Below the pieces are notes generated by a model, which had not been told where the DNA came from, ran no database searches, and saw nothing but the letters and a program-made list of their open reading frames with translations. A stretch of DNA of 64,000 bases from Macrostomum lignano (Eukaryota): positions 64,244 through 128,243 of the forward strand of contig NIVC01002487.1 in assembly GCA_002269645.1 (NCBI GenBank), in the 5' to 3' direction. The position numbers and the translations under genes were made by a program. Below, in pieces: positions 35,801 to 64,000 of the stretch; position 1 is the first letter of the stretch, and each line of letters starts with the position of its first letter.

Positions 35801-38800
35801 TCAGAGTGCGCTATTCCAATCTGAATCTGGTCACTCTAGAGTGCGCTATTCCAATCTGAATCTGGTCACTCTAGAGTGCGCTATTCCAATCTGAATCTGG
35901 TCACTCTAGAGTGCGCTATTCCAATCTGAATCTGGTCACTCTAGAGTGCGCTATTCCAATCTGAATCTGGTCACTCTAGAGTGCGCTATTCCAATCTGAA
36001 TCTGGTCACTCTAGAGTGCGCTATTCCAATCTGAATCTGGTCACTCTAGAGTGCGCTATTCCAATCTGAATCTGGTCACTCTAGAGTGCGCTATTCCAAT
36101 CTGAATCTGGTCACTCTAGAGTGCGCTATTCCAATCTGAATCTGGTCACTCTAGAGTGCGCTATTCCAATCTGAATCTGGTCACTCTAGAGTGCGCTATT
36201 CCAATCTGAATCTGGTCACTCTAGAGTGCGCTATTCCAATCTGAATCTGGTCACTCTAGAGTGCGCTATTCCAATCTGAATCTGGTCACTCTAGAGTGCG
36301 CTATTCCAATCTGAATCTGGTCACTCTAGAGTGCGCTATTCCAATCTGAATCTGGTCACTCTAGAGTGCGCTATTCCAATCTGAATCTGGTCACTCTAGA
36401 GTGCGCTATTCCAATCTGAATCTGGTCACTCTAGAGTGCGCTATTCCAATCTGAATCTGGTCACTCTAGAGTGCGCTATTCCAATCTGAATCTGGTCACT
36501 CTAGAGTGCGCTATTCCAACCTGAATCTGGTCACTCTAGAGTGCGCTATTCCAATCTGAATCTGGTCACTTCAGAGTGCTCTATTCCAACCTGAATCTGG
36601 TCACTCTAGAGTGCGCTATTCCAACCTGAATCTGGTCACTCTAGAGTGCGCTATTCCAACCTGAATCTGGTCACTCTAGAGTGCGCTATTCCAACCTGAA
36701 TCTGGTCACTCCACAGTGCGCCTAGAAAGTTTTTTAACCCGACCCAACAGTTGCTATGTACATCTAATCAGGTCAGGTCCTTTGGTAAAATTTAAAGTTA
36801 TAAAAAGAAAAATATTAGCAAACCTTTCAAATTCACAGCGCCCACTCCAGCTAGACTGAGACACTTATCTGGCTGCAGTCGCTCAGAATAAGTTATTGAG
36901 GTTAGAAGTTCTTTAAATTTGTCTCGCAGACCTTTTGAGCCTTCAGTGATGATATATTGCTGTACAAAAGAAAGTTAAAAATTAATGTAAAATTATATAT
37001 AACAAACTAGGTTTCAAATTGTAGGGAACAACATCTACTTACAAGATTTTCTGCATTTTTCTCCTGTGGCAGATAGGTTGCAAAGAAATCCAGAGATTCT
37101 TTTGCCTTGACAAGCGAGGCAACATAGTCTTCAACATTGCTTATTCTAGAGTTATTTTAAACAATTTTATATTAAATATTTAGTATTATAAAATATACTT
37201 CATTTAAAATATTTTTAAACTTGCTTACTTTGACTGTTTTAGCTCTTGAATGTACTTTTCTGTAGTGTCTTGATAAGAGCTGGTCTGCTTAAGAAAAAGC
37301 CTGCATGAGTCATAACCTAAAATTTTGTAAAATGTTATATAAAACTTATATTAAAAACATCTATATTAAGTTAAGAAGTCTTAGCAATACACAAAGAATA
37401 TACATTTGCAAGCAATCAATGTTAACAATATGAGTAAGGTTCTTTACCTATGTTAAAAATATTTTTAAAAAGTTAAAACTTATTTGAAAATATTTGCATG
37501 TTAAAATACATAAGAGAAAATTTGAAACTAGGAAAAATGAGCAATAATTGAAAGATTAACAAAACTTGCCCCAGTCTACATATCTTTGTTGTATATGTTT
37601 GCTTTAATATGTGCCACTTTTTGCATTGCTCAGAAGGAAGCTATACTTTGAACCAGTGCATGCAAACGCACCAATTGACTTCTTTGTCTACATAGAACAC
37701 TATTTACAATTTACAAAAATTCTTAGTAATAGACAAAGTAATTAGCTTTTAAGATAATAGATAATAGTTTTGTTTTAGCTATGGATATGGCTACAAGAGG
37801 TTATAAATATGGATACAAAACATATATTACCCATATCTAGTTCTTGTATCTTAGGAAACTTAACTTAGAAGACCATTGGAGCCATTGATTTGATGGTTAG
37901 GGATAGAGCATAAGAAAATTTTTAGAAATGAATGAATATTCCCAGTTTCAAAGCTTATATGTGGTGAGCTTTCAAGTCACTAGGGTTGAGGACTTAAGCA
38001 TACATGCGCAACTGCTGGCCGACCTGGCCGATCTGGCCACCGTAAATTGTGGCAGACCAGGGGTAAGTCGCAAAAATTCCCACCTAAAGAATACAGACAT
38101 AGTACTAATTAGATGACGAGGCATTTAGCCCTTATAAGACAGTTATAGTTACTCCTGCCGTTTACCCAAAAGCGTTAATTTTGCTTTAGGGCTTCTTTCA
38201 CAGGTAAGTCGCATTTTTGGTCAAAAAGTAAGTCGCATGGCCAGTGTAAATCAGGGGGTTGCGCATGTATGGACTTAAGCAACAAAGATTTTCAATACAA
38301 TATACCCATTGTATAGTAAGGATAATAAGGTCTAATTTTAAGAGAATTTTTTTCACTTTCAATGAAAAGGAGCTTTTAGCTAGGGGTTGGGAACTCAAGC
38401 AACAGAGATATTTGATAATTTATGCACATTTTGGTTGTGATTATAGGGATTAAAGTTAAGATGAATGTTTTTACTTATAATGCAAAGGAGTTATTAAGTC
38501 CCTAGGGTTGGGGACTCAAGCAACATAGATTTTTGATGCTATATGCAAGTCCAGGATGGTAGGGGCTAAAGTTAAGATGAATGGAGCCAATGAGGAAGCC
38601 ACTTAGCATTTGCTTCCAACAAAGAAAGCAATATTTCAAACAAATAAAGGCTTTTGTTGCCTAATAATCTTGGCAACCAACTTACAACTAAGCCATTGTT
38701 GTCACAGAGGATCTTGCTAAGCATTAGATATTTTGCTACTTTTGTTACTTATAAACATTGCAAGGAGAGATATGAAAAGGGAGAGAAGAAAGAAAAAGGG

Positions 38801-39542
38801 GAGAAAAGGCAAAAGGAGAAAAGTGAGAGAAGGGAGGAAAGCAGAGAGGAGGAGATGAAAAATGAGAAAGAAGAGAGACAGGAGAAAGGGGGGGGAAGAA
38901 GAGAAAAGAGGGGAGGGAAGAAAGAAAAAAGGGAGAGACTCGAGAGAGGAGATAAGAAAATAGTCAAAATACAATCAAGCTAATAGGCATTAGGTGCCAC
39001 TAAAAAATTCTGCACTATATGCAAAACACTATTCATAGCTGCATTCTAGCAAATGTAATAGCCAGCAGCAAAATTTCTAATGCCCCCAGCTCTATGACAT
39101 CTAGGAGTCTAGTTAAGCTTAAGGTTAAGTGTCAAAAAAGCTATAGATAGAAATATTGATAGTCTAGACTAATGATTATTTGTCAATGACAAATTTATTA
39201 GGACTGACAAAAGTATCTAGGTATTCCCATTTGCCATATTTATTCTGCTAAATGTGATACCAGAGCTCTTTTAACAACAACTACATTGAATAAGCACAAA
39301 AAATAGTTAAGAAAATTAATTTAGCTTTCAATTTCAACATTACCCTTTCTCTTTGCACGAAGGCTCTCCATTTGTTCGTTAATTGGAGACATTTTCTGCT
39401 GCAGAACATTAGCTGTTTCAATCACATTGTGAAGCTTCCCTTCTGTTTCCTTAGTAAGAGCATCAAACCTAGATGATATATCACTTAACTGCTGCAGTCT
39501 ATCCGACAACATTTGAAGAGAATCCTGTCTGAATTGATCCAT
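20815..39542 (-). CDS. EXOC7: Exocyst complex component 7 (Exo70)
   Basis: Exons (minus strand): 39542-39344, 37316-37229, 37145-37043, 36959-36824, 35661-35520, 34784-34706, 34457-34399, 29440-29323, 29220-29113, 27452-26779, 26374-26276, 24427-24250, 21184-21143, 21048-20815; all are phase-compatible. Exo70 hallmarks are present: PPDGTVHELT, DPALRAIFLLNNYRYV, DKALIKEKFKSFNEEF, VPDPELR, and NVPFTSKKDKYIKF..DDVERMLDEFF*. Confidence 0.92.
21425..22190. repeat. 24-bp minisatellite (CCCAGCCCTCACTGTCTATCCCTG) in an EXOC7 intron
   Basis: About 32 units. Explains ORFs 21404..22333 and 21412..22245. Confidence 0.95.
22880..24010. repeat. 32/33-bp minisatellite (AAAGTACACGGGAAAAGGGTGGCGGGTTCACT)
   Basis: About 35 units in the same intron as the 24-bp array. 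Confidence 0.95.
24459..25800. repeat. 22-bp minisatellite (ATGCTTAGACTGGGTGGGGTRG)
   Basis: About 60 units. Confidence 0.96.
25800..26122. repeat. 24-bp minisatellite (ATACTGAGTGACTGGGTTGAGTGG)
   Basis: About 13 units directly abutting the 22-bp array. Confidence 0.95.
26480..26655 (+). mobile_element. SINE-family fragment in an EXOC7 intron
   Basis: GTGTACATGCTTGAAGAATAGAAAGTCAACAAAGGGCCGCTGTACACTGTGTGTGAGCG..CAATATTGGCGCGCTTGTAT aligns with 16777-16875. Confidence 0.7.
27580..28110. repeat. 34-bp (2x17) minisatellite TGACTGCCAGTGACGTTTGACTGTCAGTGACAAT with 14-bp flanking variants
   Basis: Direct reading. Confidence 0.93.
28120..29050. repeat. 32-bp minisatellite (CTCTGAAGAATCAGAGGACGGGGCTGCGCAGG)
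   Basis: About 28 units. Confidence 0.95.
29450..29740. repeat. 39-bp minisatellite (GGGTAGAGCGGCTTAGAATAGGGTGCTGAGATTATCGAG)
   Basis: About 7 units starting next to the acceptor of EXOC7 exon 29440-29323. Confidence 0.93.
29780..33870. repeat. 4.1-kb 21-bp satellite (GATAGAGTGGCTTGGAATGAT) with 16-bp deletion variants and higher-order blocks
   Basis: About 200 units. Explains all ORFs from 29697 to 33910, including the 818-aa and 643-aa ones. Confidence 0.97.
34860..35490. repeat. 34-bp minisatellite (TCATCATGATTAGCTTCCATCTTGAGCACTAGTC)
   Basis: About 18 units. Confidence 0.95.
35751..36712. repeat. 35-bp near-perfect minisatellite (CTGAATCTGGTCACTCTAGAGTGCGCTATTCCAAT)
   Basis: About 27 units, contiguous with no spacers, so not CRISPR. 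Confidence 0.96.
37999..38271. mobile_element. hAT-type MITE (273 bp)
   Basis: 14-bp TIRs CATACATGCGCAAC / GTTGCGCATGTATG. 8-bp TSD GACTTAAG at 37991-37998 and 38272-38279. Three internal GTAAGTCGCA motifs. Confidence 0.85.
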
Positions 39543-40413
39543 GACAGTCAAAATAGCTTTCTATAAGTCTTAGACTTTGAAAAACCAATTCTCATACACC
39601 AAAGGTCCGATCACATGAACTACAAGTGCAAATCCAAAATTATCAATTAACAAAACAATAAATTCGCAATCAGTTACTTTGGCTATCAAGATTTCTAATA
39701 AATTAGTGCATTTTAAAAAGTCATGTTTTCCAAGAAATAGTGAACCAATATTTACCGAGACTCAGTTCAACTTGTAATCTGCAAAAAAGCTAAAACAAAA
39801 TATCTTAGGAAGTTAGGACACCAGGTGCAGTAACTAAGTTCGAGAAGTCTATAGTTTTTTAATGATAGCACTGTACGGCTTCATGAGAGCTTAAATAGTG
39901 CATTTTTTTTATCAAACCAGTGCCTTGTATAGTAATTTGGCACGAAAATTACGTGAATACCTTGAAGGCAAAAAGCTGAAAACAGAAGAAAACACAGTGA
40001 TAAAAACTTAAATAAATAGGTAGGTCTTAAAAAAGCTTATATTACAACTTTCTTCAGTCCTAACTTAAATTTGTAAAATTTATTGTTTGCTTTTCTGACT
40101 TGAACTGTTAGTTAAAACAAAATTAGGTAGTTTAATTATTGTCCTATGCATAAATAATTGCAAGCATAGATAGTTATCAGTACGCTAGTTTTTTAATTTT
40201 AGTATTTCTAAAATTTTATTAGGAATCTCTGCTGCAAATTTTAACGTTGTGAATTCAAGTTTGTAATTTCAGCCTTTTTTGCTATCTTAAACCAACCCTA
40301 GCTCTCTCAATATTAACTATAAAGCTCTTCGAATTCTCTTTTATATTAACTATAAAGCTCTTCGAATTCTCTTTTAAGCTTTATTCAGTACCCTATTAAC
40401 TGCGTTAATCATC

Positions 40414-57938
<17,525 letters not shown>

Positions 57939-60900
57939 GTGAGCGAAAGATCAATGATGCAGTTTGACAGTGTCAGTGAGGAGGCGGCAACAACACAACT
58001 ACATTATGTGTATGTTTTGTAAACCCGAACGGCTGGTGTCGCATCGATAAATCAATTTTTTGCTTACTCATATTACAGATGTGTGTGGGACACAAATGCG
58101 TGTTATTAGAATTGCAACTTTATTGTTTATTATAATTGTTGTAACGCATATTTTTTAACAAAAAACAATGATGCTTAACAATTTTTTCGGATTTCGAACA
58201 CTATAATAATAAAATACTATTATAAGTATATATACTACTATTATTAATAATAATTACTATTATTATTATTATACTATCTTTGAGATACTAATCTAAAAAA
58301 TTATAGAATTCATTAGTTAACAATAGCTATTTCGAATATATTTATTATCAGCCTTCTAGATAATTACCTTATTACCTTCTAGACATATTTACTCATATTT
58401 CAGACAAAGTGGTCAGGATTTGATTTTGCCACAGATTTTAAGATGCTAAGTTTACTGGGATTAATCAATTAAATTGCGTGTCCGAAACTAGTTATATATT
58501 TCCCTTAAAGTCTATGCAAGCTTTCCTTTTGCATGTCTTCATTACGCGGTTACATATAACCTTCAGTCAAAGTCCTTATTGAACAAGAAATTTGTATTTT
58601 TCACAATGCGACAATTCTTGGCCATCCGATTGACCATCCCTTTATTATAAAAAAATTATAACGTTTTTATCTTGTGCCGGCTGTTTTAAGTTACAATTAT
58701 ATTCTCTAGATTTAACATACTCCTGAGTGTTATTACGGACAAAAAGGAATAAATTCTAGTCCCCAATTTTATTTTGTTAAAATTTATGTAATTTTATGTA
58801 ATTTTAAAACATATCGGCACGCCATTCCCTCATTGCTGTTTAATAGATAATGCTTATTTGTGTCTTGTTTGCATATTTGTATTTTGTGTCTATAACTTAA
58901 TCTATTTGTTGTGCAGCTGTTCGAATAATATTTCTATATATTGTTTTTAAATTTTATTAGACAGTCTTGTCGAACACGTGAACCGCTGGATACATGTATG
59001 CTAAAAATATTTATTAACTGTAAGCTAACTAGTAAAAGTTGGTACTTTTTTAATTGTCATCTAGCTAAAATGTATCGACTGTCCTTGTCGAGGTTGTATT
59101 GTTCAACTACATTACGTTTTTGATAAGCTAACAATTTTCCTAAGGTAAAGACACGAGCGTATTTAATAAAAAATTATGCATGCGAAGAAATATTATTATT
59201 ACTCAGGTAATCCGAGTAGTGAGAGTTAATAATTCCCTGTTTTACTGCTTTAATCTTGAAGGTTAAAAAACAAATTTAATACCATCTGATTAGGAACGCT
59301 ATCGGATAGTCGCTATCCATTCCCATTCCCATATTTGCTTGCCCCTCTTCGTTGGCCAAACTGTGCGCTTTAGCTATTTCATTCTTTCTTGTTCTTTACC
59401 CTCATAGTAAAGCTTGAGACTGTTTCATTATTAAATTTGCGCTTATAACTTTCAATCAAGACCTGCCCTCATTTGTCAACTTTTTAGCTTGTATATGTTT
59501 TTTCTAAAAATATTTTTGTGATACTAATATAATTGTTTTAAATCGATTTTATGCACTATCCGATTGCGAATTTGTCTGTATTTAGCTGTTTGTGATGTAA
59601 ACTTTTCTTTCTATATAGGTGATACCGCGTCTTTTGGTGTTTTCAACATTGTGGTGTGCATTCACGTATTCATAGTTTATTAGTTTAATTTGCTTCTTGA
59701 GTTTATATTGTGTATTAAGTAAGCTTTTGAGGAACTTCTTGTGTAACATTATCTATTATATTAAAGAACCTATTATGCTATAGAATTTTTAAACTTGTGA
59801 CTAAAATTGTTTGCAGTCTTTTCTCCTCGTCTAGAATATAAAAGTATATTATTGAATTTCTCGCTTCAATTTGCGCCCGTTTGTGTTATCGAAATCGAAG
59901 AAACTGTTCGTGTGTTCTATAACAAAAAATAACAACAAAAACTGTTTTTGCAGTTGCACTCAACAGTAAAAATGGTAACTCAATACTTTTTGTGTGCATG
60001 TCTAGTTTTATGTATTATTTTGCTTGTACGCGTTTCTATTTTTCCTTATTATTATATATATTCTCTCTTTGTCTAAGATTATTTAGACTTGAGTCTGACC
60101 CGTTCTGGCAGATTGAAACAAGATTGTTGAGAACTTTTTGTTTAATAATAGCTAGAAATATATTGTCTCTAGTTTAACGAATATATCAATAATTTACCAA
60201 TTGATAAATTGCTGATCCAGCTTCCGCAGTATCCATTAAAAACTCCAAATATGAAGCCTGTTTATTACGATTTCTATACACTTATAAGCATGATTCAAAT
60301 CACTTACGCCGGAATTTAGCTCCCAAAATCATATAGTATAATCGAAATCATACTGCATGTATATTTTCTGAAAAAAAACAAATGAACATCAGTTATTCTT
60401 CTTTTCATCAGTACTTAAATTCTATGTCGAGAAACTACAAAAGCGTATTGATGAAACCACGCTCTGGTCGCGGGATCTGGTGAGGGAAATTTTTCAAAAG
60501 TACCTCCGGCCTCCGTGCACCTACTGGGCAGAGCTGTCAAGACTGGGCCGGGTCCCTGACCAGGCCAACTGACTCCCGCTCTGTTGCATCCCCCTGCTGT
60601 CTCGGTTCCGTCTCCCACTCAGCCACACGTGCCTTTCCGGAGCCCCCTTTTCTTTCTGCACCTCACCCGTCTCCCCGTTTCCCATGCGCCCCACCCCATC
60701 TATCATGTACTTCTCCTGCTTCCCATCTTTTTGTCATGTTTTAGCTCGTTTTTCTTGCGCTGTCCCCTTCTTATCCTGTGCTTACTTACAGTACCTCTTG
60801 TGCTCACTGTCGCTCCATCCCCTTTTAAAATCCCAAACGGTGACGCAAGACTTCTGACCCCTCCTTCACCCCGATGACTCATCACCCCTCTTGCGCAACC

Positions 60901-61294
60901 TTTTCTCATGCTATTGTTCTCTTCTCAAGATTTCTCATGCGACACCCATCCCACCTCTGCTTCTATTGTTCTCGTTTTTTATTCTTTTGTTCTCGTTTTC
61001 GAACCTAATTACCACATTTTCCCAGATTTTCTCTTTCTATGGTTCTCCTTTTCGCACCCAATTAGCACCTTTTCTCCAATGTTTACTTTTCTATTGTTCT
61101 CAGTTCTCCCCAATTATCCCCGATTTCCATTTCCTTTGTTCTTGACCCGAGCCCCATTGTTCTCAATGTTTGCTTGCGCAACACTTTCTCGACCCCCGCT
61201 GTGCTCATTATCCCCCACTTCTCCTCCGGATTGCGCAATTTCTCAATTTCTCATGTTGCTATGGCGTTCTCATGTTTCTCATCATGACTAATTC

Positions 61295-61375
61295 TGACGT
61301 CATTTCTCCGGCAGCCAATCAGAGAGAGGGAGTCATGGAAACGACCTTGGAGCGGCGGCCGTGAGGTCTATTTAA
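61295..61375 (+). promoter_or_regulatory. CRE-CCAAT-TATA-like cluster, probably within a retroelement terminal repeat
   Basis: TGACGTCA at 61295-61302, AGCCAATCAG around 61313-61322, and TATTTAA at 61369-61375, in canonical order at the end of a long pyrimidine-rich GC-elevated block (about 60450-61500). Confidence 0.35.
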
Positions 61376-62216
61376 GGGAGCGGTTTTCGGCGTGAGAACC
61401 CTCAGATCCTGCCACTCTTCCCGAAGTGGTCCTTCTTTGGACTCATGAGCTCACTTTGGTCTGTCAGACGTTGATTTGACCCATTCGTCTACAAGGACTA
61501 CTTAAGTAGAAGGATGCAAGACTCAGAATTGATGAAAATTTCATTGGAGGCCCATTTTTCAATGTATCTCCTGTGTACGCTATTGATCGTAAGATGCTTA
61601 TTTTTTCACAGAATAGGCAGTAACATATGCCCTTTAATTTAAGACATCAATAAATTGACCAATTCGGACTTGAAACACCCCGAAATACTTGTCAACAGTA
61701 CAGTCCTATATACTAAAAAATCATCAAAAATTGCTGATTTTACTGTCAAAATAAACAAGAAAAACGTCAAAAGAGACGAAACTGCAAACTGGCAAGGTAG
61801 CAAAAACAGGAAGAAATATTTAAGACATTTATAAGTTGAATAATTCGGACATTAACAGTTCAAAATATAATCTGTCAAAAGTACAGTATCCATCTAAAAT
61901 TGCTGATTTTACGTGGCGCACTAAAAATTCTGACCCCGACCAAGAGCAAGATCCCATGGTCACAAAGCGCTGAGAATCGATGTTGTAACACAATAATATG
62001 TTAATAGTATTCGAAAAATATTTCAACTCTCTTTCACACCATGGCTCAGAACTTTTTAGTGCCCTAGTAATATGTCAAAACAAACAAGAAAAATTGCCAG
62101 GAGACGAAACTACAAACTGGCAAGGTAGTAGAACCAGGAAAGGGGTAAAATAAAATTGCCCCCCCCACAGATCGAAATATTTCAAAAAATAGAGAAAATC
62201 AAAATACAGTAACAAT

Positions 62217-63190
62217 CTAAAGCGAATTCAATTTCCGGAGTCTACGCGCATTATAAGTAGACCGAGTAAGCGACGACTCCTTTCGAATAAGTCCTTTAAC
62301 AAACATTCGATAGACGTCTGGATATGCGAGCCACCAGGTCGGAACTGATTTGAATGTCAATAAATGCTTCAAATATGGAACAAAAACGTCGGACCACACG
62401 GTTCACACACGTATAGTGCAGTGAATTGAAAAACGAATGGCACAATAGAGCGAAAACAAGCAACCATTCGGGAGGATGCACCAGCTTTCCTCGAGACAAA
62501 AGACTCATAAATTCACTGCATGCCTTAGTATCTACAGTGTGACGAAAATCAGCCGAATCAGATTGAGCGATATCTTCCTTTAGTGCAATATAGCCACATA
62601 CATAATAGAGTGCAGCTCTTTCTGTCTCAGAGACAGCAGCTTCATCAACTGACAAATTGTCAATGACTGTGAGTTCAGCATCACTTAATTCTTGCTCGCC
62701 ACAACATGTAGATTGTGGGTGCTCTGGTCTGGTATCTTGTATGCCATCAAGCTGGGCATACAATTGCATTCGACGCAACTTTGCGCTCAGGAAGATTTGC
62801 TCAACCGAGATAAAATAGCATCCTCCATGTCCCTGTCTATAAATCGAGAACTCGCCCTCAAGGAGGTCATATTGGAAAGCACCTGAAATTGGAAATAGTA
62901 ACTTGGATCAATGATTTTTTACGCTTTTATCTTATGCATTAGCATTTTTCTTACCTAGAAGGACATCAGGTGAATGAGTGCTTGGATAGGAGGTATTTTG
63001 AAAGCTCCACAAGACCTCTGCATGTTTGAATTACAGCTTTCTGTGTCTCAGTCGTAATAGAACGCTGGCGTGCGGGACCCGCCCCCCCCCCTAGCCATCT
63101 GCTCCACCATGGTAGCGAGTTGAAGAAGATATAGTTTAGGCTACGCGATGCATCTGATACAATTGGAGCTCGACTGGAGTCATTCAGAGT
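62217..63190 (-). pseudogene. Decayed P-element/THAP9-type transposase, C-terminal half, with a 72-bp intron
   Basis: KYLLSKHSFT(Y)VLLG | intron 62954-62883 (gtaag..ttcag) | GAFQYDLLEGEFSIYRQGHGGCYFISVEQ, then ALYYVCGYIA, SEFMSLLSRGKLVHP, RRLSNV and terminal RRLRKLNSL*. These match recalled P-superfamily transposase motifs. Frameshifts are visible near 62965 and 62300. Confidence 0.75.
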
Positions 63191-64000
63191 AACATGGGAG
63201 CTATTAATAGCTATTAAATAAATGAAATAAAGTTAAATATACTGTTTTAGTAAAGTAAAAAATTAAGCTAGCTATTAGCAGCACTGATGTATCTAGTTGC
63301 TGAAAATTTTCAGATTAGAGATCTACAGAAGTATGTCCTAGCACGTACTAGGCCCTAATGGTAAAAGGCGTTGACATAATAAGTCATTATAAAACGAAAG
63401 CTACAACTCTATATCTAGCTATATATAATGAAATCAAATAAGAATGCATTATAAAAATATTAAAATGCTGCACGACTGTTCTACACAGGTCGATAATATC
63501 TCGCAACGATTATAAAGCATGTAAACTACTTCTATTTTGGCTATGCATTGCATTACGAAAATCGGCCTCCAACGAATTTTCCACGAAAGTTGATCGTCTT
63601 GCGTCCTATATATACGGACGACTTTACTTTAGTCGTCCTTGTTCGTCTATAGGACGAACCTCTGTCCGTCCGCGGTCTGATACCGCCAAGTTCCCTTAAC
63701 TCCCCAGAATGCCATTCCCTTATTTCCCATTGCTTGATTAAGAGAGCTGAGCCAATTGTGATACCGTACTCTTTGCTGTATTTTACTCAATAGTGAAGCC
63801 GCCTAATTGCCTGTTTCTTTTGCCTAAGGGCCTAATCATTAACCATTACTAATCTCCTCATTATTCACACTTTCACCATCATTTCATTCATGCTTGCTTC
63901 ACCCTTTCTCCTTGGGTGGCAAAGCATAAGGAAGTTTGGGTAAGCTAATGGCCTCTCCCCGTGCAAAGCCCGCCTGTGTATGCGTGTTGCGGGTTCGTGT

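Noticed and set aside
35751-36712. 35-bp palindromic repeat resembling a CRISPR repeat
   Set aside because: The units are contiguous with no unique spacers, the context is a eukaryotic intron, and there are no cas genes.
38654-38983. Lys/Glu/Arg-rich and Phe/Leu/Ser-rich ORFs
   Set aside because: They arise from a GA-rich low-complexity tract in EXOC7 intron 1.

Overview
This is gene-rich eukaryotic (metazoan) DNA. GC3-rich exons, AT-rich short introns and minisatellite-packed long introns suggest a free-living flatworm such as Macrostomum (inference, not verified). I reconstructed five spliced genes by hand from GT..AG boundaries and reading-frame phase: a GRAMD4-like gene (-, 1183-9431), a PQLC3/SLC66A3-like PQ-loop gene (+, 11479-13937), an orphan gene with one ankyrin-like motif (-, 15608-18962), EXOC7/Exo70 (-, 20815-39542) and CaMKII (+, 40414-57938). 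About 20 tandem arrays fill the introns and explain most long ORFs in the track. Mobile DNA includes two hAT-type elements with 8-bp TSDs, a MULE-like MITE with a 9-bp TSD, a tRNA-derived SINE family, an RNase H-bearing non-LTR fragment, an LTR fragment with a tRNA-Leu primer-binding site, and a decayed P-element-type transposase. There are two main observations. (1) CaMKII carries two tandemly duplicated, phase-incompatible exons for the DFG/activation-loop segment of the kinase domain, with a purifying-selection signature, which points to mutually exclusive catalytic isoforms. (2) A 1295-bp hAT element sits inside a coding exon of the GRAMD4 GRAM domain, and its TIR supplies an in-frame stop. 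All homology calls come from my recall of the family sequences; no database search was run.
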